Positions 18,914 to 28,266 are shown, numbered from the stretch's first letter. The stretch is DNA of 53,773 nucleotides from a virus (IMGVR_UViG_3300027985_000172:1-53773), one strand, 5' to 3'. Numbers and translations: made by a program. The notes: a model not told the origin generated them from the letters alone.

Positions 18914-19405
18914 TTAAATATTTGTGAATTCTTTGTGGTATTTCTTGGCTGCTGTATCATACGCAATCTTTGCATCATTAAAATTACTGAAGTATCCAAG
19001 AAAGATAGACTTCCCACCTGACATTATCCTTGCCCTATAGCAATCAGTCTTCTTATAGTAACCAACACCTTTTGTATCAGGATCAAATCTGTTCATACAG
19101 TTTTGTGATCTTGTCGTGCACCTTAGATTAGAGAATCTGTTGTCTAACTTATCACCGTTAATGTGGTCAATATCATTCGGTGGCCAGTATCCATTATATA
19201 GAAACCAAGCAAGCCTGTGTGCTGCCACCTTCTTCCCGACAATATGAACCCTAAGGTAGCCAGATTTTTCTAAACTGCCAGCTTCATAAAGTGCAGTTTT
19301 CCTGTAGTTAGTTTTGAGCCAATATATCTTACCTGAGTCTGGGTCGTATCTTAAAGATTCCCTTATCTTAGCTTCATCTCCCTTTGAAAATTGTTGCCTC
19401 AACAT
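18914..19405 (-). CDS. HNH-AP2 homing endonuclease
   Basis: YDPDSG, AHRLAW, IDHINGDKLDNRFSNLR and AP2 FLGYF...A..AYD motifs. Confidence 0.9.
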   Translation of the reverse strand: MLRQQFSKGDEAKIRESLRYDPDSGKIYWLKTNYRKTALYEAGSLEKSGYLRVHIVGKKVAAHRLAWFLYNGYWPPNDIDHINGDKLDNRFSNLRCTTRSQNCMNRFDPDTKGVGYYKKTDCYRARIMSGGKSIFLGYFSNFNDAKIAYDTAAKKYHKEFTNI

Positions 19406-20042
19406 GTTCTCCTACAAAACAGTACCAACAAAAATTATCAACCCCTCTTGTGTAATAACTTTTAGCAGGTTTATCTTTTACCGCATCCCAATAACCTGAA
19501 AAATAGTCCACACCAATCTTAGGATCACTCCTAGTAATGTTCTTCTTAGCCCAATCTGGTGTAAAGCCCCACTTTATCTCCTTATCCTCAACAAGCAGGT
19601 TTGTAAAGAAATAAAGCCTACCTACACTAATCACTTCCTTACATTGTCTCATGTATTTCCCGAAGGACACATTGTGCATATAGTCGGCAGGTAGGAGAAG
19701 CCACACAGGCTTTCCTAGTGTTAGCCAGTGGTCTAATAGAGGATCAAGAACCTTACGGGTGAAAGGGGGATTCTGAATGAGGCAGTCTACATCTTCTAGG
19801 TCTTCTTTAGTTACTTGTAAGGCGTCCACAACAAGGGAACTACCAACAGTTTCCCTAATGTCGCTTCTCCATTTACATGTAGCTACGTCCATAAGACGGT
19901 CTTCTAAGTCTCCATTCCCGTAGCAAGTATCTGCGTAGGATTTACCCCTGATTAGATCAACAAAAGTATATGGAATAGCATTGGGGTCAATAGTCCTATA
20001 AAAATCTCTGTCTGCTTTTACAAAGCTTGATCTTTTACCCAC
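19374..20042 (-). CDS. Amino-DNA methyltransferase (N6-adenine type)
   Basis: DFYRT, DTCYGNGDL (SAM-binding motif), NPPF catalytic motif, WLLLPAD and DNFCWY. Confidence 0.8.
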   Translation of the reverse strand: MGKRSSFVKADRDFYRTIDPNAIPYTFVDLIRGKSYADTCYGNGDLEDRLMDVATCKWRSDIRETVGSSLVVDALQVTKEDLEDVDCLIQNPPFTRKVLDPLLDHWLTLGKPVWLLLPADYMHNVSFGKYMRQCKEVISVGRLYFFTNLLVEDKEIKWGFTPDWAKKNITRSDPKIGVDYFSGYWDAVKDKPAKSYYTRGVDNFCWYCFVGEHVEATIFKGR

Positions 20043-20554
20043 TAACGAATCCTCAAATCTTCTATGTTAACCGGAGTATACCTAGTTTGCTCAACACAAA
20101 CACACCTGTAAGGCCCAAACGGGCTCTTGTTTTGGTGAATATGTCCATGAACATTTAGGAGGTCTTTCCTCTGCCCAGTCAAAGCTGATTGGTGCTGTGG
20201 TGTGTGGGTAAGAATAAGCCCAAACTCCTTGAAGACCCTCCACATCATTACCTTCTGGAAGAACCCACCGGAAGACAGGAACTTAATATCATCATGGTTT
20301 CCTACCACAAGTCTTTTTGATCCATTAAGTCTTGGCCATAATTTCTTAAAATCATCTTTTGAACCAAAGAATACGTCTCCTAAGTGATACACTTTATCGC
20401 CGGGCTTAACTACCCGGTTCCAGTTTTCAATCATCACCTCGTTCATGTGATTTACATCCCTGAATTCACGAATACGGTTACCCTTATCATCCTTAAAGTT
20501 AAGTATGTTTTGATGATTAAAGTGTGTATCGGATATAATCCAGATATTACCCAT
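20042..20554 (-). CDS. Calcineurin-like metallophosphoesterase
   Basis: SDTHF.H, HLGD, GNHD and HGHIH motifs. Confidence 0.9.
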   Translation of the reverse strand: MGNIWIISDTHFNHQNILNFKDDKGNRIREFRDVNHMNEVMIENWNRVVKPGDKVYHLGDVFFGSKDDFKKLWPRLNGSKRLVVGNHDDIKFLSSGGFFQKVMMWRVFKEFGLILTHTPQHQSALTGQRKDLLNVHGHIHQNKSPFGPYRCVCVEQTRYTPVNIEDLRIR

Positions 20555-21324
20555 TAGACACTCCTCAATACATTCTGACCAAAGTCCTTCTCAGCCCTCT
20601 TAGCCTTACTCCAAGAGAAGCATTCCTGACACTGAAAGCGTTGGTAGGCAAGCCCTGTCTTGGTGATATACGTCCCTCGCTTCTGAATGTGCTCAGAGCC
20701 ACAGGAAGGACATTGACAGACCTCCTCTCCTTCCATACGCCCTACGTTGGGGTGGTTGCTAATCCAAGGTAGCATACAAAGATAAAGGTCACGAAGGGTG
20801 ATGATGTCACCAATGTTGTAACGCTTATTAACCTCCCAAGCCTTCGGATTTCCTGCCATAACCTCCTTCCATAAAGAGAAACCTACAAACTCGCTGTGGT
20901 CATCTTTCTGTGTTACACCAAGCATCTTACAGAGGGCAGCGAGAGAGTTGCTTGTCAATTTGAACTTCTTACGGGCAATCTTACACGTGTCTACTGTGTG
21001 GAATGGTGAGGGTGGTTTATAGCCATGAACAAAGGCCCTACCAAGAATGAAGGGAATGTCATGCCCATCACCAAAATGTGCTACAACAACATCTGCTTCG
21101 TCAAGAAGCTTTAGCAGTGAGTGGACAAGACCAGAGTCATTGTTGTTTCGGTTTTCTTCGTAGAACACCTCATCAGGGTTATCAAGCCAGAAAGCAGCAT
21201 AAGAGAGGATTTGAGGCTCTTCAATAAGCTGCTTGTGTGGGATGATTGGCTTAATCAGGTTGTAACTGTAAACAATAGCGGGGCTATTTTCAATGTCTAA
21301 AAGCAATACTTTAGCTTTACTCAA
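20554..21324 (-). CDS. RNase H-fold (DnaQ-like) exonuclease with C-terminal Zn ribbon
   Basis: LDIE, AH.G..HDIP, VDT, YNIGD; CPSC...CQEC. Confidence 0.8.
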   Translation of the reverse strand: MSKAKVLLLDIENSPAIVYSYNLIKPIIPHKQLIEEPQILSYAAFWLDNPDEVFYEENRNNNDSGLVHSLLKLLDEADVVVAHFGDGHDIPFILGRAFVHGYKPPSPFHTVDTCKIARKKFKLTSNSLAALCKMLGVTQKDDHSEFVGFSLWKEVMAGNPKAWEVNKRYNIGDIITLRDLYLCMLPWISNHPNVGRMEGEEVCQCPSCGSEHIQKRGTYITKTGLAYQRFQCQECFSWSKAKRAEKDFGQNVLRSV

Positions 21325-21838
21325 AACTTAGGTTTCCTCTTCCGTGATTTACATGATACCCAAGGTCTAATTCTACTTGTTTTCTTGCATAACAGGCATC
21401 CTTAAGAGTTTCAAAATATCCAATATGAACAGACTTACTATTAACCCCTATTGTAGCTCTCCATAGTTTGCGTTTCTTACAGAAACACACACCAATAAAT
21501 CCTGACTTATTTCGAGTTGATCGGGAGAGGTTTCTATTATTTTCAGTTAGGCCAGCACACCTAAGATTTTCAATTCTGTTGTCTGATCTGTTGCCATTGA
21601 TGTGGTCAATATCATCTGATGGTTCCTCCCCGTGGATAAATAACCAAACAAGTCTGTGCAGCCTGTAGGGCTTATTGTTTAACATCGTGACAACGTAACC
21701 AGAATTTTTTGATTTGCAGCCAACAATATCGCCACGTTTAACCCTGTTTGATGTTGGTTTTAACCAAACGAAATTTCCAGCATCCCTAATGTATACAATT
21801 TCGGGAAATTTTTCATTAGTTACAATATTATCTATCAC
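21317..21838 (-). CDS. HNH-AP2 homing endonuclease
   Basis: HRLVW, IDHINGNRSDNRIENLR, SGFIGV and HIGYF motifs. Confidence 0.9.
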   Translation of the reverse strand: MIDNIVTNEKFPEIVYIRDAGNFVWLKPTSNRVKRGDIVGCKSKNSGYVVTMLNNKPYRLHRLVWLFIHGEEPSDDIDHINGNRSDNRIENLRCAGLTENNRNLSRSTRNKSGFIGVCFCKKRKLWRATIGVNSKSVHIGYFETLKDACYARKQVELDLGYHVNHGRGNLSFE

Positions 21839-22197
21839 AGATTTCCCTTAAAATCTTTCAGCCTAACTGGATCAACACTCTTCTCGAAATGCTCTTGCAG
21901 GGAGTAAGCATGATCGAATGTTGTATACATACTACTCTGGGTGAGAGAACCGTCTACAAGAAGTCTAACCTCAATCAACACCGTTTTATCATCCCAAATG
22001 ACGTATTCAGGAATATCTTCTTCGGGAATGTCCTTCACATGAATTGGGCCACTAATAACATCTGTCACCCAAATATCTGGTTGATTTTCTATTTCCTCCT
22101 CATAAGCAAAGAAGAAAAGGTTTCCTGACATATTTAGTAGCCACTCACTTAGTTTTAGTAGGAAGGACGCTGTATAAAATTTTAGAAGCTCTTTCAC
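21835..22197 (-). CDS. Hypothetical protein
   Basis: ORF coupled to both neighbours. Confidence 0.6.
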   Translation of the reverse strand: MKELLKFYTASFLLKLSEWLLNMSGNLFFFAYEEEIENQPDIWVTDVISGPIHVKDIPEEDIPEYVIWDDKTVLIEVRLLVDGSLTQSSMYTTFDHAYSLQEHFEKSVDPVRLKDFKGNL

Positions 22198-22580
22198 TTT
22201 ACCTCCAAGACTTTTACATCAGCAGCCTTCGCTTGCCTAATCATATCTGCTGTCCCTCTACCACCGGGGAATGCTACTACTAGGTCTGGTTTACCCTCAT
22301 CAAGCATTTGTTTGTTTCGGATACTTCCAGCGGCCTTGCCGTATCTCTTCCAATCAGCAGGAAACTCCTTGTGCTTAATGTAAGAGCAATCACCGTATTC
22401 GTCTAAAGCAAACACTTTGGTTAGTAAGTCTGCACCGGGAGCACCCCCTTGAATAAGAGTGATTTCAGTATCTTCATCATCTAACCAAATGTCATTAAGT
22501 AAGTCTTCTAGGAAGATTTTCAAGGAACTGTATTTATAATAGTCTCTTCCACCACAGACAAGAATTGTTGTTTTCTTCAC
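22194..22580 (-). CDS. DUF2493 / YspA-like SLOG protein
   Basis: VCGGRDY, GGAPGAD, PADW..YGKAAG.IRN..ML and AFPGGRGT motifs. Confidence 0.85.
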   Translation of the reverse strand: MKKTTILVCGGRDYYKYSSLKIFLEDLLNDIWLDDEDTEITLIQGGAPGADLLTKVFALDEYGDCSYIKHKEFPADWKRYGKAAGSIRNKQMLDEGKPDLVVAFPGGRGTADMIRQAKAADVKVLEVK

Positions 22581-22789
22581 GAATCGTTCTCCTCATCAGA
22601 GAGCCAACCAATGTCTACCCCATGAGCCAACCCCATAGTATACACTTGATCCATCACCTGCATAATGGTTGCCCACACACGACTACTGATTTTCCCCGGA
22701 AGTGTATCAATCTCCTCTGGTGTATATGGGGCTACAATGTGTGCAGGGTGTAAAATGTCTACGTCTAACCAGTCTGTCTCAAGGGTCAT
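22577..22789 (-). CDS. Hypothetical protein
   Basis: Coupled ORF. Confidence 0.55.
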   Translation of the reverse strand: MTLETDWLDVDILHPAHIVAPYTPEEIDTLPGKISSRVWATIMQVMDQVYTMGLAHGVDIGWLSDEENDS

Positions 22790-23163
22790 TTCTTCCTACG
22801 TTCATTTGCTATTTGCCTCTCCTCTTGGCTCTTAATATCGTGGCAGGTTTTGCAGATTAACCATAAGTTATCTTCTTCACAGAATAGGTTCTCAACAAAG
22901 GAGTCCCAAGTAGTAAACCCTGTCTTGGGGTCCACGCAGGGCTTCTTATGATCCACAAAGATATTATGCTTTCCCTTTAGCGTAGGAGGAACAATTTCCC
23001 CACAAGAAGCACATTTGTATTGCCCCCTACCCACCCTAGCGTCTTTCTTCACCTTCTGGTTAGGCCCCCATTTACGAGAACCTGCCCTTAAGAGGCTTTT
23101 GACAAAGGAAGTGAATCTAGCTTCTGTCCATTTACCATTATTACGGGTCTTAGTTGGTTTCAT
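22786..23163 (-). CDS. HNH-family Zn-binding endonuclease (replication/resolvase-associated)
   Basis: CASC..VDH..P...NL..ICKTCH; next to the exonuclease gene. Confidence 0.75.
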   Translation of the reverse strand: MKPTKTRNNGKWTEARFTSFVKSLLRAGSRKWGPNQKVKKDARVGRGQYKCASCGEIVPPTLKGKHNIFVDHKKPCVDPKTGFTTWDSFVENLFCEEDNLWLICKTCHDIKSQEERQIANERRKK

Positions 23164-23879
23164 GCGGGAGGTTTCCATAATTGCCCCTTATACCTTTGCA
23201 ACCAAGCCATACGGGCGTTAATCAGCAGATATTCCTCAGTTAGTGAATGCTTCAGGTAGGCTTCCTTTACGGCTTCATACATTTCCTCTTCTGTGGTCTT
23301 TCCTTTTAGGATGTCCGCTGCTTTAGCAGGTCCAACACGAGGAATACCAAAGAAGTTATCTGTCCTATCCCCCATCAACACTTGCATGTAGAAGAACTTG
23401 ATGGCTTCCTCTTCTGTCTGATAATGCCACATGTCCTTGACGAAGTTGTAGAGCCAAGCATTAACTGTCTTGAAGTCTTTATCTAAGCTGACAATCACTG
23501 TTTCTTCGGGAAGACCTAAGAAGGCTGTTTCTATAGCAATTAGATCATCTGCCTCACAACCCTCTGAAACAACTGCCCCATAGTTCTCTACAAGCCATTC
23601 CCGAGCATACTCAATGTGCTTAGGTTTCTCTTGTTCTTTCCTTTGCATCTTGTAGCTATCAAACAGCTTGTGTCTGAAGTTTCCTTGCCCAGTAAGGAAC
23701 ACCTTAAATTGTCCTTCTGTAGGGAAGACTACAGTATTGTCTAGGATTGAAACAAGGAGACGTTCAAGAACTTCCCCACATTCCTCCTCTGGCTTCTCTT
23801 GTGTGGCGAAGGCTGCTCGATAGCACAAAATATCACCATCAACCAATACGAGAGAGATTGCTTTAGGTTTGTTACTCAA
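23160..23879 (-). CDS. 5'-3' exonuclease (T7 gp6 / flap endonuclease family)
   Basis: VDGDIL.Y, GNFR, YK..R, EADDLI, SLDKDF and GD.TDN..GIP.VG motifs. Confidence 0.9.
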   Translation of the reverse strand: MSNKPKAISLVLVDGDILCYRAAFATQEKPEEECGEVLERLLVSILDNTVVFPTEGQFKVFLTGQGNFRHKLFDSYKMQRKEQEKPKHIEYAREWLVENYGAVVSEGCEADDLIAIETAFLGLPEETVIVSLDKDFKTVNAWLYNFVKDMWHYQTEEEAIKFFYMQVLMGDRTDNFFGIPRVGPAKAADILKGKTTEEEMYEAVKEAYLKHSLTEEYLLINARMAWLQRYKGQLWKPPA

Positions 23880-23915
23880 TTTTATTACCTGATACAACAC
23901 TAAGACTTAAGCAAA

Positions 23916-24137
23916 TCACTTGCGCACCTTCAATTTCTGTTCTACTTCGGAAACTACAGATTCAAGATTAATGATATCAAAAAATACAGTCTCTCGAAAA
24001 TGATCTTCTACAAGATCATACACTAGATTCCGAATATCATCGGGTGACATATCATCCTCAAACTCAGACATGTCGATCTTAAGTGTTTTCTTAGTAGGCC
24101 CCCAAGAATCAATTTTCCACTCACAAACAACAGTCAT
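23916..24137 (-). CDS. Hypothetical protein
   Basis: ORF with AGGAG RBS. Confidence 0.6.
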   Translation of the reverse strand: MTVVCEWKIDSWGPTKKTLKIDMSEFEDDMSPDDIRNLVYDLVEDHFRETVFFDIINLESVVSEVEQKLKVRK

Positions 24138-24179
24138 TTGTCTTCTCCTAGCAATGTTGGTAGCGTAGGCTTTCTATTG

Positions 24180-24323
24180 TTAATCACAATTATCTCCCCA
24201 AAGAGCCTCATTAACACGTTTAGCAAAGTCTTCACCAAGAAGGTCTTCTAGGTCAATCTGAGCATCAATTTCCTCAAGAAGCTCCCACAGGATTTGTTCT
24301 TGAGTCTTATCTTCTTCGGTCAT
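24180..24323 (-). CDS. Small acidic protein (MTEEDKTQEQILWELLEEID...)
   Basis: 47-aa ORF, ATGA-coupled to the upstream gene. Confidence 0.5.
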   Translation of the reverse strand: MTEEDKTQEQILWELLEEIDAQIDLEDLLGEDFAKRVNEALWGDNCD

Positions 24324-24601
24324 TCGGAACCTCTGACTGGCGGTAATCCATGAACCTCATCACCCTCAACCCAAAGTCGATACAGCATCGCAATGAGTTG
24401 CTTCATTTCACCCCGGACTTCCTCAAAGGACTCCCTTCCTTCTGCGCAATGAATAGCTGCCTTAACAACTTCACCAGATTCTTCAGCCACCTTAGAAATT
24501 ACATAGTTCGGCTGAGGAAACTTGAGCATTGCTTTTTGGGCCTCTTCAACAGCAAGACCAACCAAATTTAGGAAGCCTTCATCAGTGCTAATAAAATTCA
24601 T
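24320..24601 (-). CDS. Small MazG-like helical protein
   Basis: KVAEESGEVVKA...E..GE..QL.AM pattern. Confidence 0.55.
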   Translation of the reverse strand: MNFISTDEGFLNLVGLAVEEAQKAMLKFPQPNYVISKVAEESGEVVKAAIHCAEGRESFEEVRGEMKQLIAMLYRLWVEGDEVHGLPPVRGSE

Positions 24602-25266
24602 TTGTTTTCTCCAAGAAGAGTAGGTAGTGCTGGAATTATCTCTTTACGAATAGCACGAGCAAGCATGACGTGTTCACGCTGGGAATGACCCTCATCATCA
24701 CGAATGTCTAGATAGTGTAACCAAGAGCGGATAGTGCCATTAATGTAGAGAGTGGACATTGTGAGTCCTTCTGGGAGGAAAACACGAGCACATTCTTTAG
24801 CTGCACCACCATCAAGCCACTGATTGTAGACTTTTCTACTTAGTTCTGAAAGCCAATCACACTGATCCTTGAAATTTGATTTGGTTGTTTCATCAAAACT
24901 ATCAACACTATTCTGACGATTCTTGGTGTCCTGCATACGAATGTCACGAGTGCAGAAGGTCATATCAGATGAATAACGTTGACTTAACTCTTGAAAACTG
25001 AAACTACGGTGGCGCAGTAGTTGGCGCGAAATGTCGCGGGGGGCTTGCACTTCCACAACAGCATTAGCCATTTCAAATACAGACCAATGTTTGTTCTTCA
25101 TGCAATATTTAAGCAGCCATTCGTGGTCTTTCCCCCGTTCTTCCTCTTTACGTTCAGAAGAGACACGAGCACAATAGGCCATAAGTTCTTCTGGTGAAGC
25201 AGCAGGAACACCAATGACAGGTTGTGTTAGTGCAATTAGTTTAGCTTTTACTGGATAGTTCGTCAT
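24598..25266 (-). CDS. thyX: Flavin-dependent thymidylate synthase
   Basis: ARVS, HWSVFE, RQLLRHRSFSFQELSQRY and ECAR.FLP motifs. Confidence 0.95.
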   Translation of the reverse strand: MTNYPVKAKLIALTQPVIGVPAASPEELMAYCARVSSERKEEERGKDHEWLLKYCMKNKHWSVFEMANAVVEVQAPRDISRQLLRHRSFSFQELSQRYSSDMTFCTRDIRMQDTKNRQNSVDSFDETTKSNFKDQCDWLSELSRKVYNQWLDGGAAKECARVFLPEGLTMSTLYINGTIRSWLHYLDIRDDEGHSQREHVMLARAIRKEIIPALPTLLGENK

Positions 25267-25491
25267 AGAAACTCTTTTTTTTCTCAGAATGTGTTAGATA
25301 TTTGTCAAGCAGAATGCCAGTAGCCATAATCACCCGCCCATACTTAGTAATGTCATCTTGGTGGTGTCAACCTTCTTCTTAGAGTCTTCCTTGATAAGCT
25401 GAATAATGGTATCCTGGTAGTATTTTAACTCTACGATAAAGATTTTACTGGTGATTTCACAGTGAGTTTCTACATTAAGTATGTTTTTCTC

Positions 25492-25687
25492 TCAGTTAAT
25501 CTCTAAGATAGATAATTTTTCTGCTTCGTTTAGGAATTGTTTTACTAGCTTAATAGCATTAAGAAGCTCTTCTACCTGAGTTGAATCATCAAGCATAACC
25601 CGAGGCTTAATATAACCACCAACAAAAAGATCGTAGTAAGGATCATCTGTTGAGATGTTAATACCAGTCTTAAACTTAAAATACATG
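25492..25687 (-). CDS. Hypothetical protein
   Basis: Likely start MYFKFK after AAGG. Confidence 0.55.
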
Positions 25688-25702
25688 GCGGCCTTTTCCT
25701 TG

Positions 25703-25909
25703 TTACAGATTGGTGGAATAGTGATGACCATTTTCAAAGGCTACAGTGAGTTGCTTTACAGGCATCCCAGTAATTACTTCAAGAACCCTTGTTAGAAACC
25801 ACATCTGATCGTAAATATCTCCGTCCTCTACTAGTCGAGAGACACGGGTGATTTCTTCCCGTGCCCCTTCTTCACCAGCAAAGGACTCCTCAAAAGTCCA
25901 TTTAGGCAT
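25703..25909 (-). CDS. Hypothetical protein
   Basis: ORF in operon. Confidence 0.55.
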   Translation of the reverse strand: MPKWTFEESFAGEEGAREEITRVSRLVEDGDIYDQMWFLTRVLEVITGMPVKQLTVAFENGHHYSTNL

Positions 25910-25915
25910 ATTTTA

Positions 25916-26176
25916 TCAGTTTCCTTTTAGCTTATACTTCTTTGTAATACTGTCTTCATACATAGGATTAGAAATCCACTCTGGATAGTGATAAGCAGAT
26001 GGGTAACTGGATGCCAATGTATAGACATAAGTGTAACCATTTTCTGTAGATTCGGCTCTAACACTAACAATATAGTGTGTCATAACAACTTTATGATTAA
26101 CACCCTCAAAATTTACTGTTGCGTCCTTCTCAAAGGCTGTCCCAAGCATATATTTTGGTTGCTTGATTATTTGCAT
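25916..26176 (-). CDS. Hypothetical protein
   Basis: ORF in operon. Confidence 0.55.
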   Translation of the reverse strand: MQIIKQPKYMLGTAFEKDATVNFEGVNHKVVMTHYIVSVRAESTENGYTYVYTLASSYPSAYHYPEWISNPMYEDSITKKYKLKGN

Positions 26177-26178
26177 GT

Positions 26179-26375
26179 TTACTTACCCGTAATGATAGAA
26201 TAGATTACATAAATCAGAATAATAAATAGGGCAAGTGTTAGTCCGCCGTAGAACGGGAGTAGAACAAGCCACCAAGACAGTTAATATACCCTGTAAGTTT
26301 AAGCCCAACAAAAAGAATGCCAAGAAACCCAATAATAGGAAAAGAAATTGTTGTGTTTTTATCAGCCATAGGCAT
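26179..26375 (-). pseudogene. Small phage membrane protein (LKLTG.I.WSWW.V..P family), frameshifted
   Basis: IIGFLGILFVGLKLTGYIN, then SWWLVLLPFYGG in the -1 frame; one G appears missing near 26278. Confidence 0.6.
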
Positions 26376-26381
26376 CCCCAA

Positions 26382-26915
26382 TCAGAAAGCAACGTCATCG
26401 GTGTTGTTACGGACATATTCAACAAGGTTATCTACTCGAATAGCCTCAAGAGTCACCTTACTGTCATTCCACACAGACACCTTTACAGCAATGTCACTAC
26501 CATTGCCAATGTCCCCATGTTCTTCTCGGTTCCAAGGGAAGGTAGCACCACCTTCGATACCTACTACAGAGGGAGGACCACGGAAGACACCAGTTTCACC
26601 AGTGTTCTTGTCTACAAACTTTGGGTTAAACACTTCCCGACGAGTGCGGTAGATGAGGATGTCTTCACCAGTTTCCTTGTCAGTAAATTCCTTGAAGAGT
26701 TGACCTGCCATCCCTTTACCGGGAATACCGTCTGCAATCATCTTCTTCTTAGTCTCTTTGTCAATCTCTACGTCTAGGGTGTAGTAGCCTTTGACAGCTT
26801 CAAATTTAGCCTTCTGATCCCCTTCTGGTAGGTTATTTCCAAGGTCTTGCTGCCCCTCAAACACTTTAGCGTAGCGGGCTTTACCTTTGAAGGTAACATA
26901 AGTAGTCTTTGCCAT
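26382..26915 (-). CDS. Single-stranded DNA-binding protein (T7 gp2.5-like)
   Basis: G.ARYAKVF, GPP.V, DIGNGSD..VKV, LEAIRV and acidic C-terminus ending in F. Confidence 0.8.
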   Translation of the reverse strand: MAKTTYVTFKGKARYAKVFEGQQDLGNNLPEGDQKAKFEAVKGYYTLDVEIDKETKKKMIADGIPGKGMAGQLFKEFTDKETGEDILIYRTRREVFNPKFVDKNTGETGVFRGPPSVVGIEGGATFPWNREEHGDIGNGSDIAVKVSVWNDSKVTLEAIRVDNLVEYVRNNTDDVAF

Positions 26916-26916
26916 G

Positions 26917-27150
26917 TTATTCTGTTTCCTCTTCATTTAGCTTAGCTACAAATTTCTCAGCAATCTTTCGTTGCTCTGAGATAATCCCAATTAGACTGTA
27001 GAACTCCCAACCAAGTATTTCTGCTGAAGCAACTGCTGCACCAAGCAAATCCACTACAACTTGTGACTCATTCTCTTCGTCTTGGAAGTGTGCTATAATA
27101 TCAGCAATGGCGTCACGCCGCCAAAGTTTAACACTCAATGTTTCATACAT
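26917..27150 (-). CDS. Hypothetical protein
   Basis: ORF in operon. Confidence 0.5.
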   Translation of the reverse strand: MYETLSVKLWRRDAIADIIAHFQDEENESQVVVDLLGAAVASAEILGWEFYSLIGIISEQRKIAEKFVAKLNEEETE

Positions 27151-27174
27151 ATTATTCTGTTTCTCTTTAGCTAA

Positions 27175-27405
27175 TTAAAACGTAATGGTGATGGAGTCAC
27201 CTTTGTAGAACTTTTTGGTTGCATCTTCAAGCAGGTTTTCCCACATACCATCACCGGGTAGATAAAAGGGTTTACACTGATCATATGACTCGTCGCTTGG
27301 GAATCCAATAGTTCCACCATCATCAGTCTTTACATAAAAGTGTGTCGCAGAAATAATGGCTACCACTTCACGGTTTTCTTTTTCAGTCTTGTAATCAAAC
27401 TTCAT
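27175..27405 (-). CDS. Hypothetical protein; paralog of the C-terminal domain of 37187..38356
   Basis: Shared REVVA...H.Y.K.D...FYKGD.I motif. Confidence 0.6.
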   Translation of the reverse strand: MKFDYKTEKENREVVAIISATHFYVKTDDGGTIGFPSDESYDQCKPFYLPGDGMWENLLEDATKKFYKGDSITITF

Positions 27406-27580
27406 TGTTTACCTCATATTCTGTAATTAGGTATGGAACAAATGTGGCGTCCCAACCATTGATTAAATTAATCCCGGCGTCTGATAGGCCCAACTGTCGA
27501 AAGGCTTTATCATAAGCGTAGAAAATTTCTTCGTATTCCTCTGGAATGTCATACACCCCATCAACAGCTTCGACAAGCAT
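27395..27580 (-). CDS. Hypothetical protein
   Basis: GGGAG RBS; ORF in operon. Confidence 0.5.
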   Translation of the reverse strand: MLVEAVDGVYDIPEEYEEIFYAYDKAFRQLGLSDAGINLINGWDATFVPYLITEYEVNNEV

Positions 27581-27696
27581 TTGCTATCTCCCTTGACTCC
27601 TTTAAGCCTTACACTAATAAATATGGGAATTTTCCCACGTTTCATTCCATTGCTTGTAGCAAATACCTGATGTGTTGCAGAAATGATTCACCTGCG

Positions 27697-28266
27697 TTAG
27701 TGAACAGCAGCGTAGTTCTCCCCGAATTTTACCTCTACGGAAATGTCCACATTGAGTCCAAGCGCCCTGTTAACTTCCTGCATGGATTCCTTCAAGTCTT
27801 GCTCAACACGGTCTTTGTCACAATCTTTAGGAACCTGCAACAGAACTTCATCGTGATAGTTTGCAGACAATTTATACCCCTTCTTGCGCAGCATAAGAAC
27901 CCAATAGTTGAAGCAGTAATCCCCCGTAGATTGGTTGCAGGTAGACCACCTGTCTTTATCGTAACGGAGTTGGTGGTAAAAACCTGAAAGTGGGTTCTTA
28001 AGCCACATGCTACCATCTTTTAGAGTCTTCACGTATTGGTTCCCCGCAACTTTCTTGACAGACCAATTTACCTTCCAATAGGCTTCTAGGAGGGCTTTAG
28101 CTTCCTTCTCAGGGATTTGCAACTCTCTGGCTAATTTAGCTGCACCAACGCCATAGACTGCTGAATATGAAACGGTCTTCGCCTTTTGTCGAACTTCTGT
28201 AAGATGGTGGAACAACTCCTCCTGTTTTTCTATGGGGAGGGCTTTTATATCATCCAATGTCCTCAT
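27697..28266 (-). CDS. DNA polymerase A fragment 3 (motifs B and C)
   Basis: RQKAKTVSYSAVYG (motif B), NQSTG, YHDEV (motif C), FGENYAAVH. Confidence 0.9.
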   Translation of the reverse strand: MRTLDDIKALPIEKQEELFHHLTEVRQKAKTVSYSAVYGVGAAKLARELQIPEKEAKALLEAYWKVNWSVKKVAGNQYVKTLKDGSMWLKNPLSGFYHQLRYDKDRWSTCNQSTGDYCFNYWVLMLRKKGYKLSANYHDEVLLQVPKDCDKDRVEQDLKESMQEVNRALGLNVDISVEVKFGENYAAVH

